A DNA stretch of 25,125 nucleotides from Phycisphaerales bacterium (GCA_020352895.1 CP070685.1:1819120-1844244), one strand, 5' to 3'. Counted from the first letter of the stretch, positions 7,235-15,407 are shown. Translations and numbers: made by a program. Notes: generated by a model not told the origin, from the letters alone.

Positions 7235-8422
7235 TCAGCGCACCAGGCACACCGGATGATACACGTTGGTGCTGGTGTCACCGTCGCCGGGTATGGCCGC
7301 GTCGTCCACGGCGAGAGCAGGCTGGAGCATGACGCACTTCTTGTTCATCGCTCCGGTGAGCCTCACGTGCATGATGCGGACGCCGACGAACCTCACGATG
7401 GTGAACATGGAGGTGTCGCCCACACCCGACACCTCGCTGAACAGCGGGATCGTCCGGGTCTGCCCGACGATGGCCTCCAGCGCGTCCGCCATGCCCGCGC
7501 TGAGGCCGGTGTCACCGGCTAGAACGATGGGCCCGTCGGACAGATTGAGCTCCCCGCCATGGTACTCCAGGTCCTCGGCCGAGACGCCGTCGAGAAGCTG
7601 ACGCACAATATCCGCCGTGGAGTTGTTGGACCCGCCGATGTCGATCGTACCGAAGTTGCCCGGCGGCAACTGGCCCTCGCCGGACCCGGGGTACAGATTC
7701 AACTCCGGGAGTCCGTCCTGCCCCGGCGTCACGTGCTCGGTCAGGGGGTCATAGGCCCAGTTGTCCTCATAGACCGAGTTCTCTCCGGCCAACGTGCCCA
7801 TGAGCGTGTCCCAGCACGTCTCCCGCAGGGTCAGAGGCATCAGGCTCGCGTTGCCCGTTTCCGGGGTGACCCTGAAGCCTATGATGCCGAAGTGAAACGC
7901 CGCCGTTGCCTCGGCCACGAGGTCGGCGGTCTCGATGCCCAAAGCCCGCGCGAACATCAAGGCGACGGACCCGTTGTACGTCTCGTCGCGGCGCACGCGA
8001 ACCTTGACCGCATTGAACTCGGTCGGATCCAATAAGGAAATCGACTCCCCGGTGTTGTACAGGTGGGGGAGATAGCCGATCACCAGGTCGCCGTCCGCCG
8101 CGTTGGCCGGGTTGTAGTCGATTTGCGGGCCGATCCCCAGAACGGGATTGCTGCCGGCCACCGCGCCCGCTCGCTGACGCGCCACCTGGAAGATGATCGC
8201 CAACTCCCCAAGGCCGTGGATCCGCCTCTCGTTCAGCAGCTCATTGGCGCCGGCCAAGGCCGCCGCGTCGGCGGCTACCTGTAGCTCAGTCTTGCCGAGG
8301 TACAGCCTGCCGGCGTCCACCGCGAGGGCTGCGAACCCCGCCAGCACCACCATCGAAGCAACGAGGTACACTACGATGGCTCCGCGGCGTTTGCCGGCTC
8401 TATGACAAGTACGCGCTGACAT
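7235..8422 (-). CDS. TadE/TadG-like protein, paralog 3 of 3
   Basis: 395 aa with an ATG at 8420-8422 preceded by AAGGAG. The N-terminus is 'KRRGAIVVYLVASMVVLAGFAALAVDAGRLYLGKTELQVAADAAALAGA'. Only 35 nt separate it from the upstream gene, and that spacer retains just the last, RBS-bearing part of the leader. Confidence 0.8.
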   Translation of the reverse strand: MSARTCHRAGKRRGAIVVYLVASMVVLAGFAALAVDAGRLYLGKTELQVAADAAALAGANELLNERRIHGLGELAIIFQVARQRAGAVAGSNPVLGIGPQIDYNPANAADGDLVIGYLPHLYNTGESISLLDPTEFNAVKVRVRRDETYNGSVALMFARALGIETADLVAEATAAFHFGIIGFRVTPETGNASLMPLTLRETCWDTLMGTLAGENSVYEDNWAYDPLTEHVTPGQDGLPELNLYPGSGEGQLPPGNFGTIDIGGSNNSTADIVRQLLDGVSAEDLEYHGGELNLSDGPIVLAGDTGLSAGMADALEAIVGQTRTIPLFSEVSGVGDTSMFTIVRFVGVRIMHVRLTGAMNKKCVMLQPALAVDDAAIPGDGDTSTNVYHPVCLVR

Positions 8423-8457
8423 GTTAACTCCTTTCCGGCTTCAGCTTCACGTCTCTG

Positions 8458-9174
8458 CTACGACAGGGGGTTGAACAGTCGCGAGTAGGGGGTGTCGCCG
8501 CCGCCTTGGTCGGCCTGCTCACCCTGGTACACCACCTTGGGCACCGAGTCCGTGCCCAGCAGCCCGTCGGCGCCGTAGTAACGCACCTCGGTAATGACCA
8601 ATGAGTCCACGCGGTTCGAGCCGTAGGTGATTACCGAATTGGCAGCCGATACGTTAGTGTCATAATTGTTCAGAGAGGCGATGGGCGCCGTCCCCTGAAT
8701 TTGAAGGCTGTGGCCCCCGAACGCGCCCCACGTGGCGGACTGCCCGTTGATAATCGCGAAGGTCAGGACCGCCCCGTTGGTCTCCATGGTTTGGGTCCAG
8801 CGGAGGGTCTCCGCGGTGGTGCTCAGTTCATTCGAGCTGAAGTCCCGGTGCAGCCGGCACTCGTCGTCGGCCCAGCCCTGGATCTGAAGGCCGCCCGGGG
8901 CGAAGTCCGGCAGTTCCCGCCAGTTCCAGGTCACCTGAGCGTACAACGAATCGAGGTCCCCCACCGGGGACATCACCGTGTGAAACTGCGGTGCGTGTAC
9001 CGCTTGGTCCGGTTCGTTTAACACCAGCTTCCAGTCCTGTTCGATCCGCAGGATTGGTTCCGGCTCATCCTGGGACCCTGAGATGGGAATGGCCACGACC
9101 AGAACGGCCGCGACACAGGCCAACACCGGCAGCTTTGGGCCGCCAAGCTTAAACGAGCTGCGCACGCACACCAT
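8458..9174 (-). CDS. Secreted protein of unknown function with a Sec signal peptide, co-transcribed upstream of TadG-like paralog 3
   Basis: 238 aa with an ATG at 9172-9174 preceded by AAGGAG. The N-terminus 'MVCVRSSFKLGGPKLPVLACVAAVLVVAIPISGS' has a basic n-region followed by a hydrophobic h-region. The remainder is rich in Ser, Thr, Asn, Gly and Trp and is probably a beta-rich fold. It is driven by its own copy of the conserved promoter and leader. Confidence 0.6.
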   Translation of the reverse strand: MVCVRSSFKLGGPKLPVLACVAAVLVVAIPISGSQDEPEPILRIEQDWKLVLNEPDQAVHAPQFHTVMSPVGDLDSLYAQVTWNWRELPDFAPGGLQIQGWADDECRLHRDFSSNELSTTAETLRWTQTMETNGAVLTFAIINGQSATWGAFGGHSLQIQGTAPIASLNNYDTNVSAANSVITYGSNRVDSLVITEVRYYGADGLLGTDSVPKVVYQGEQADQGGGDTPYSRLFNPLS

Positions 9175-9358
9175 CGCGTTTCTCCTTGAATACGGTCACC
9201 AGTTATGCTGTACCAGAGCCCAGACGGGTGCGTGCCCGGTCAGCCCTCCCATGGCGGTCCGGGGAAAGGCGTATCAGACGCCGGGGACTCCACACGGCGG
9301 ACACCGCGCACTCGTGCGCAGTGTTCATACGCGGATCGCCGGTGAGGAGACCATAGCA
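9175..9358 (-). promoter_or_regulatory. Conserved structured 5' leader (copy 4), upstream of the secreted-protein gene
   Basis: Contains the GCGCA-cgag-TGCGC hairpin followed by GGTGT, the GGCG-tctgata-CGCC hairpin, the CCCCGGAC and GGGCTGACCGGG blocks, and an AAGGAG RBS. Confidence 0.35.
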
Positions 9359-9387
9359 GATATATGATTCCAGTAGGCCCCGGGCAA
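9359..9387 (-). promoter_or_regulatory. Sigma70-like promoter (copy 4)
   Basis: -35 TTGCCC (9382-9387), 17-nt spacer, -10 TATATC (9359-9364) on the minus strand. It is flanked by the conserved CACACGCTTGCC and TGCTATGGTCTC blocks. Confidence 0.4.
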
Positions 9388-9563
9388 GCGTGTGCACCAA
9401 ATCGGTCCTGACAGCGTTCCAGTAACAAGGTGGTTCCGAAAAAGCCCCGACCGATAACGCAAGGATCGCGCCTCAGGCCGATGTGTTTTCCGTCCAAGCC
9501 TCACGCCCGCATTTGACGAAGCGGGCTGCTTATCGCCCGTTTGTTGACGACGGATGGTACAAG

Positions 9564-10697
9564 TCAGTTGCCACCGTTGTCGTTCTCTCGGATGAGGCTC
9601 CTCACGTGACCGACAAGGTCGCCCGACCCGAGCACGAACGTGGTCCGGGCACCGGTGAGGATCTCCTGGAGCATTTCGAGTTCCTTGATTCGCGCGAGAG
9701 CGGGATTGTCCGTCAGCAGTCTCGCTGTGTTGGCCTGGCTGCGTGCGGCCGCGGTTTCCTCACGCCGCTTGATGATGTTGGCCTGGGCCTCTTTCTCCGC
9801 GGTGATGACCCGGTTGAGAATATCTCTCATTTCCCCGGGGAGAATGATGTCGCGCAGGCCCACGCTCTTGACGGCGACGCCGAAGTCGTCCGCCCGCTGT
9901 TGCAGCGCGCTGCGCACCTCTCCACCAATCGCCTCTTTATCGGCCAGCATGACGTCGAGGCTCCGCGTGCCCACCACCGCCCGCAAGGCCAACTGGGCCT
10001 CTCGGTAAAGCGCCTGCCCGTAATCGTCCACAACCGTCGCCGCCTTGACCGCATCGGCCACCTGGTATGTAACCAAGAGATTGACGCGCAGGCTGACCTT
10101 GTCGCTCGTGATGATCTCCTGCCCGGACACGTCAATGAGTTGCTCGCTTGTGTCGACCCGTTGCCATTCCACGTCGCCTGCGGCACTCCAAAACGCGTGC
10201 TTGCCGTCCCGATATGTGCTGACCAGGCGCCCGTTGTGGAACACAAGGCACTCCTGTTGAGGCTCAACCAACATGGACTTGAGGTGGTAGGAGCTGTCCT
10301 TGTGTGCCAGGACGGCTTCGAGGTGAGGGTGCTCAAGACGGAGGTCCTGTACGTTGAAAGTCTCGACATGCAGGTGATAGGGCTCCTTCCAGAAGGCGTG
10401 TCGGCCGGCGCCGAGGATCCAGCCGAGACGGCCGTCCTTCCAGACCAGGGCGCGCTCATCATCCCTCAGGTCGACCACGTACAGCGCCTCGCAAACGTCT
10501 CCGTGGGTCAGCAGGACGTCAAGCAGCGGATGCACGAATCGCGTACTCAGAGTATCCACAACCTGGATCTCGTCGCGCTGCCGATTCCACAGCCGCCCCC
10601 ACAGGCGGTATGTCCCCGGGCCCAGCAGTCGCACAAAGTCGCCATAGTGGAACAGCAGGCCGCGCTCGTGTTGTCTGATGCGAGTGAAAATGCTCAT
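9564..10697 (-). CDS. SPFH/band-7 (stomatin-prohibitin-flotillin-HflK/C; slipin-like) domain protein
   Basis: The ORF track gives 9564..10778. The start was moved to the ATG at 10695-10697 (MSIFTRIRQ...) because GGAGGGG lies 8 nt upstream. The C-terminal half, '...VSLRVNLLVTYQVAD...ITAEKEAQANIIKRREETAAARSQANTARLL...ARIKELEMLQEI', is typical of SPFH. The N-terminal ~200 aa show no obvious transmembrane helix. Confidence 0.7.
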   Translation of the reverse strand: MSIFTRIRQHERGLLFHYGDFVRLLGPGTYRLWGRLWNRQRDEIQVVDTLSTRFVHPLLDVLLTHGDVCEALYVVDLRDDERALVWKDGRLGWILGAGRHAFWKEPYHLHVETFNVQDLRLEHPHLEAVLAHKDSSYHLKSMLVEPQQECLVFHNGRLVSTYRDGKHAFWSAAGDVEWQRVDTSEQLIDVSGQEIITSDKVSLRVNLLVTYQVADAVKAATVVDDYGQALYREAQLALRAVVGTRSLDVMLADKEAIGGEVRSALQQRADDFGVAVKSVGLRDIILPGEMRDILNRVITAEKEAQANIIKRREETAAARSQANTARLLTDNPALARIKELEMLQEILTGARTTFVLGSGDLVGHVRSLIRENDNGGN

Positions 10698-11589
10698 GCT
10701 CTTTCCCCTCCTGTGTTCAGTTGGTAGGGAGCGGTCACGTTTCGGGTGCGTCCCCACACGCGGGTGCCTGGCAGGCAAGTCTCATCCCCGGTGGCTCAAC
10801 CGAAGGCAACGTGTTCTCCCGGACCAAAAGGCCAAGTTGAGAGGCTGGACCACAGCGGGCCACGCCCCCGCGGCGGAGTCCTGCTTGAGACGCGTCAGGG
10901 ATCCGTCCGCCGCGGCCGTGATTGAGCTTTCCTCCCACTGGATCACGGCCGGGCGACAGGATGTGGCACGTCGGTATCCGCACGACTGCGAGGCCGCGAT
11001 GGCGCTGCCGCGCGGACTTCGGCTCGAAGCGGTCAAGCGCTTCAAACTGAAGGCTCGAGCGGCCGGCCGGGCTGCCGGTGCAGCCCCCCAACCGACCAGG
11101 AGGGGGTAAGGCGGTCCGCATAGGGCGCGGGCCGTCCTGAGGGGTGGGCTTCGTCAATGCCTTCGACACTGTAGCCGGAACGCACATCGGTAAGTACGCA
11201 GATACACCATGCGCGCCGTCAGCTAGCATCGAGCGAAGTTCATACACCGTTGCTTCGGTGCTTTTCATTCCATCTGCCGCTTCCATCGAGGCGACGGCCG
11301 GGCCGGATTCGACCGTTTGCATCTCGTGCATGGTGCCCGGCCTTGCTCTTCCTTCTGGGACTCCCATCGGGAGCCCGGTGCAGGATTAACCATAGCAACG
11401 ATGCGGTGGCTGGCAAGTGTAAGATGGTTATGATTTTGGTTATCGTCGGCCTTGACGTGAGCGTTAACACCCGCGTTTGCCGTCGGCATGTTCCGTGACG
11501 ACCGGAGCCCGCGCGCGACGAGCTCCTTGATGCCCTGCCGAGCCGTTGGCGTTTTTCCTGAACGGCTGCTTTGGCGAGCCTCGTGCTGC

Positions 11590-12066
11590 TCAGACCCGGC
11601 TTGCCGCAGCCGTTTGTTCGACGACGAAGCGATAAAGCGGCGACAACCGCTTGCCGATCTTTCGCTTGTTCTCGAACACGCCGGGAAAGGATGCTCGCTC
11701 GGAGACGCCGTTCCAGATCCTGGAGACGGCCTTGCGAACGGCCGCCTCGATGTTCGAGGCGTAGACCCGCACGGATTCGCGCTCAATCTTGTAGCCCCCT
11801 CCGCGTTCCATCATGCTCTGGGCGATTTGGTCTGCGGTCCGCCAGCCGCAGACCTCCGGCTCGTATCCGGAGGCGGCATCGCAATGCAAGGCCTCGTGCA
11901 GTACCAGAAGCAGGCGCACCCAGGAAGGGCGCAGAGCGAGGGTCGCCTTCCTTGACCTCTGCCGCACGGTTAAGAATGCGCCCGTGTCGCCTCCAAGATT
12001 CCCAGGGGCACGAAGAAGAAGCTCAAAGCCCCTGCCATGATCGCCATTCCTGTTCTCCTCAAACAT
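11590..12066 (-). CDS. Possible stand-alone OmpR/PhoB-C-type winged-helix DNA-binding protein (weak call)
   Basis: An internal Met (MFEENRNG...) of track ORF 11590..12180, placed by codon arithmetic. The segment 'LALRPSWVRLLLVLHEAL...WRTADQIAQ...ESVRVYASNIEAAVRKAV...KRLSPLYRFVV' resembles the Trans_reg_C pattern (LT..E..LL..L.....G.V.SRE.L....W........R.VDV.I..LR.KL....I.TV.G.GYR). No receiver domain is present. My reading of the text near 12120 was off by 1 nt against the track, so coordinates are ±1. Confidence 0.3.
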   Translation of the reverse strand: MFEENRNGDHGRGFELLLRAPGNLGGDTGAFLTVRQRSRKATLALRPSWVRLLLVLHEALHCDAASGYEPEVCGWRTADQIAQSMMERGGGYKIERESVRVYASNIEAAVRKAVSRIWNGVSERASFPGVFENKRKIGKRLSPLYRFVVEQTAAASRV

Positions 12067-12604
12067 GTTGGCTCTCTCCCCTCTCCGATGTTGAAGCCAG
12101 TCGGTTACAGACCCGAACCGCTGCGCGCCGCGTTCGCGCGGGTAGCTCTGCCCGGCCGACGGGGACTGGGGTAGATCCACCTCTGTGGCGCGCGTACGCG
12201 CAGAACAAAGCTGCGTTACGTAGTCAGGCGCAACTATCGCACTCTGTCACGGCACGAGCGACCCACCTGCTGCCGCTCTGGTCAGCCGCGTACGACCTCC
12301 GGCTGACCAGGACAACAAGCTGATGCGGCGTGGTTTTCCTGGCGACGGTACGCAAATGTAGGATGAGAAAACGGTAGAGTCTGGCATGTCTCTCCCTCCT
12401 TCCAGACAGGCAGGAATCGCTTGTGCCGCGTTGCGCGCCCTCAACTTCGGCGGGCACAAGCACACACAACCTCCACAATGGTCAGTATACGCGGGCAGCC
12501 GCGCGTGTCAAGTGCTCGACGCACCCAGATTCTGTGGCCATGTGCTGGCCCGTACCCGCGCGCAGCGGTGGCCGGGCGAGCGACGGGCAGTTACTATCCC
12601 CTCC

Positions 12605-13117
12605 ATGAAGGCGGTCACTATCTACACCGACGGGGCGTGTCAGGGAAACCCGGGGCCGGGGGGCTGGGCGGCGATCCTGAAGTACGGGCGGACGCGGCGA
12701 GAGATCAGTGGATCGTCGCCAGCGACGACGAACAACCGCATGGAGCTGACCGCGGCCATCGAGGCCCTGCGGGCCCTCAAGGAGCGCTGCCGCGTCGATC
12801 TGCACACCGACTCGACGTACCTGCAGCAGGGCATGACCAGTTGGCTGGCTGACTGGAAGGCCCGCGGATGGAAGACGGCCGCCAAGAAGCCGGTCAAGAA
12901 CCGTGACCTGTGGCGGGCCCTCGACGCCCAGGCCGCGCGGCATGACATGCACTGGCACTGGGTCAAGGCTCACAACCTGCACCCGGAGAACGAGCGCTGC
13001 GACGAGCTGGCCGTCGCTGCCATCGAACAGCTCCGCGCCGAAATCGGCGAGGCCGCCATTGCCCGGGCCATGCGCGCGTTCCGATCGGGCGACGATCCCA
13101 ACACCCTTTTCCAGTGA
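12605..13117 (+). CDS. rnhA: Ribonuclease HI
   Basis: '[25 protein letters not shown]...[17 protein letters not shown]...[28 protein letters not shown]...[21 protein letters not shown]' matches the RNase H catalytic D-E-D-D signature. The start is set at the ATG at 12605, because the track ORF extends upstream without any homology. Confidence 0.85.
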   Translation: MKAVTIYTDGACQGNPGPGGWAAILKYGRTRREISGSSPATTNNRMELTAAIEALRALKERCRVDLHTDSTYLQQGMTSWLADWKARGWKTAAKKPVKNRDLWRALDAQAARHDMHWHWVKAHNLHPENERCDELAVAAIEQLRAEIGEAAIARAMRAFRSGDDPNTLFQ

Positions 13118-13139
13118 CGGCGCTGAATCGTCCCGCGCA

Positions 13140-13176
13140 ACAAAGAAGAAACCCACGGACCTTTCGGCCCGTGGGG
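13140..13176 (-). terminator. Candidate intrinsic terminator for efp (between convergent rnhA and efp)
   Basis: Stem CCCACGGACC (13152-13161) / GGCCCGTGGG (13166-13175), loop TTTC. On the minus strand it is followed by TTTCTTCTTTG (plus-strand AAAGAAGAAA at 13142-13151). Confidence 0.45.
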
Positions 13177-13217
13177 CGCGGATTGCTGTCTGCCCCGTGG
13201 ATTGGCGGCTGCTACGC

Positions 13218-13781
13218 CTACTCTTTCGCGCGCTCGACGTACTCGCCGCTGCGCGTGTCCACGCGTATCTTGTCGCCCACGTTGATGAACGGCGGCACGC
13301 GAACCGTCGCCCCACTCTCCGTGACGGCCGGCTTGGGCTGATTCGTGGCCGTGGCTCCCTTGACCGTCGGCGGCGTGTCGGTCACTTCCAGCACGACCAC
13401 CTGCGGCAGCTCCACCTGGATGATGTTGCCCTGGTAGATCTGGCAAGTCACGCGTTCGTTGGCCTTGAGGAACTCCGGCCCTTCGGCGACCAATTCCTTG
13501 TCCACGTGCACCTGGTCGTAGGTCTCGGTGTCCATCAGCACCAGCGCGTCCCCGTCTTCATAGAGATACTCGTACTCCTTGTTCTCCATGAAGGGCGTGT
13601 CGAGTTGGTCTTCCATCTTGAAGCGGACGTCGATGATCTGCCCGGTCTTGAAGTTCTTGAGTCGGGCCTGAATGTAACTGCGTTTGTTGCCCTTGGTGAC
13701 GTGGGTCTTGTCTTTGACGTAGTAGATCTCATCCTCGTAGATGACCGCACGGCCTTTGCGCATGTCCAAGACTCTGACCAT
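13218..13781 (-). CDS. efp: Translation elongation factor P
   Basis: 'MVRVLDMRKGRAVIYEDEIYYVKDKTHVTKGNKRSYIQARLKNFKTGQIIDVRFKMEDQLD...' is a full-length EF-P match of 187 aa. ATG at 13779-13781 preceded by AGGAG. Confidence 0.9.
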   Translation of the reverse strand: MVRVLDMRKGRAVIYEDEIYYVKDKTHVTKGNKRSYIQARLKNFKTGQIIDVRFKMEDQLDTPFMENKEYEYLYEDGDALVLMDTETYDQVHVDKELVAEGPEFLKANERVTCQIYQGNIIQVELPQVVVLEVTDTPPTVKGATATNQPKPAVTESGATVRVPPFINVGDKIRVDTRSGEYVERAKE

Positions 13782-14195
13782 CGTTGCATCACTCCTGTTG
13801 CCAGATCACGGCCCTCGGCCGCGCACGACCAGTGTCCCCGAAACGCGCCGGACGGTCAACTGGTGCAAGTGCATCCATGAACTGGCCAGTGTTGGCCTTA
13901 CTGGGCCGTAGTCAGGTGGGCGCAGGAGGAAGGCCTCTGGCCGGAGATTCCCGCCTGGAAGTCCTTTTCGCCGGGCGTCCGCCGGCTCGTGAGACGAAAC
14001 CGATCCGGCGCCCGGGCCAACGTGGCGAGCTTGCCCACGACGACAGCATGGTGCGCCCCCCGCTGTGTAAGGCTGAGCCCTTTGCGCTTTCCCGCGCGGT
14101 GGAGGTGGGCGCCGTGTACGAGGCGCTTGCCACGAACAGCCGGCTATGGTCTTATATGCGCAGAGCTCAAACGAAAGGCGCCGGGAGAACCAGGA

Positions 14196-15380
14196 ATGAA
14201 CCCTAAAGACAGCCTCTTTCACCCTCCCAGAGGCAACAACAAGCGTGTCGTCGTTACCGGCCAGGTCGGCCTGAACAAGAAGCCCTTCCTCCGGAAAGTG
14301 GTTGAGTTGGCCTCCAGCAACGGCCACGTTCTCAGACAGCTCAATATCGGCGACATGATGTATGCCGAGGCGCCCGATGTCGTGCCCGGCCGCATCCTCG
14401 ATCTGCCCCTCGGCCGGCTCAACACGCTGCGTCGCTCCGTGTTCAAGGACGTTCTGGCCCAGGCCCGGGGCGAGAACGATATCCTGGTCAACACCCATGC
14501 CACGTTCCGCTGGAAGCACGGCCTTTTTCCGGCCTTCGACTTTGACCACATGCTGCAGTTCGATGCCGACCTGTACATCACCTTGGTGGACAACCTCGAC
14601 GCCGTTCACGAATGTCTCGACCGAGACTACAACATAGACCACAGCCTCAAGGACATCATGGTCTGGCGCGAGGAGGAAATTCTGGCCACGGAGATTCTGG
14701 CTTCCAGCCTGGGCAAGTTCGGGTGTTTTTACATCCTGGCCCGCGGCTTCGAACGTGACACGGTGCAGTCCCTCTACAGCCTCATCTACGAGCCCGAGAA
14801 GCGCAAGGTTTATCCCTCCTTCCCCATGACCCACGTCATGGACATGCCCGAGACACTCGCTGAGATCGACGCCTTTCGCGACGTGCTGGCCGAGCATTTC
14901 ATCACCTTCGACCCTGGAGATCTCGACGAGAAGCGTCTGCTGATCGACGCCGGAGACGCCACGAAGCGCGGGGAGGACACGATCACCATGCACGTGTCCG
15001 GTCGTGATGTCTCCTTCAGCGTGAGCGAGATCACCAGCGTGGCAGGGGACATCGACGGCCAGATCTACGCTCGGGACTTCAAGCTCATCGATCAGTCCGA
15101 CATGATCGTCAGCTACGTTCCGGAACTGCCCAACGGCAAGCCCGGACTTTCCAGCGGGGTGGAGCGCGAACTTCAGCACGCCCACGAGGTCACCAAAGGC
15201 GTCTACGTCGTCTGGAAGCCCAAGTGCGAACCTTCGCCCTTCATTACCGAAACCGCCGATGAGGTCTTCTCCACCGTCGAGCAAGCCCTGGATTTCTTCC
15301 AGCGCAAAGGTTACATAGGGCACTATCAGCTCAACTTGGTCAGGGGTCAGGCACCGCGCGAGCGCGGCCGCTTGGGATGA
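14196..15380 (+). CDS. Two-domain protein: archaeal-type adenylate-kinase-like (AdkA-like, degenerate P-loop) N-terminal domain fused to a nucleoside 2-deoxyribosyltransferase-like (NDT/SLOG-like Rossmann) C-terminal domain
   Basis: The start is set at the ATG at 14196 (MNPKDSLF...) with GGGAG upstream; the track ORF starts at 13989. The N-terminal domain ('KRVVVTGQVGLNKKP...LNIGDMMYAEA...ILVNTHATFRWKHGLFPAFDFDHMLQFDADLYITLVDNLDAVHECLDRD') parallels archaeal AdkA (VTGxPGVGKST...YGDxM...IDTHAxIRTPxGYLPGLP...INP..IxxLEADP), but its Walker A is GQVGLNKK rather than GxxGxGK[ST]. The C-terminal domain ('DQSDMIVSYVPELPNGKPGLSSGVERELQHAHEVTKGVYVVW') matches the NDT-family D..D(x)IVA...G..D.GTA.EIGYA.A.GKPV motif. 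Confidence 0.65.
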   Translation: MNPKDSLFHPPRGNNKRVVVTGQVGLNKKPFLRKVVELASSNGHVLRQLNIGDMMYAEAPDVVPGRILDLPLGRLNTLRRSVFKDVLAQARGENDILVNTHATFRWKHGLFPAFDFDHMLQFDADLYITLVDNLDAVHECLDRDYNIDHSLKDIMVWREEEILATEILASSLGKFGCFYILARGFERDTVQSLYSLIYEPEKRKVYPSFPMTHVMDMPETLAEIDAFRDVLAEHFITFDPGDLDEKRLLIDAGDATKRGEDTITMHVSGRDVSFSVSEITSVAGDIDGQIYARDFKLIDQSDMIVSYVPELPNGKPGLSSGVERELQHAHEVTKGVYVVWKPKCEPSPFITETADEVFSTVEQALDFFQRKGYIGHYQLNLVRGQAPRERGRLG

Positions 15381-15407
15381 TTCCGACGGGCTGCACAACC
15401 GCCCCGG

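Noticed and set aside
9483-10727. 414-aa plus-strand ORF
   Set aside because: It is antisense to the SPFH gene with a low-complexity translation; the SPFH frame carries clear family motifs.
10735-11367. 210-aa minus-strand ORF upstream of the SPFH gene
   Set aside because: The second half is Pro/Gly/Arg-rich junk typical of GC-rich non-coding DNA and has no convincing RBS. Only the first ~60 codons look protein-like; that part is kept as a low-interest finding instead.
11571-12323. 250-aa plus-strand Arg/Ser/Ala-rich ORF and overlapping 11265-11786 minus-strand ORF
   Set aside because: Extreme Arg/Pro/Ser composition with no motifs. They overlap the more plausible winged-helix ORF and are presumed shadow ORFs.
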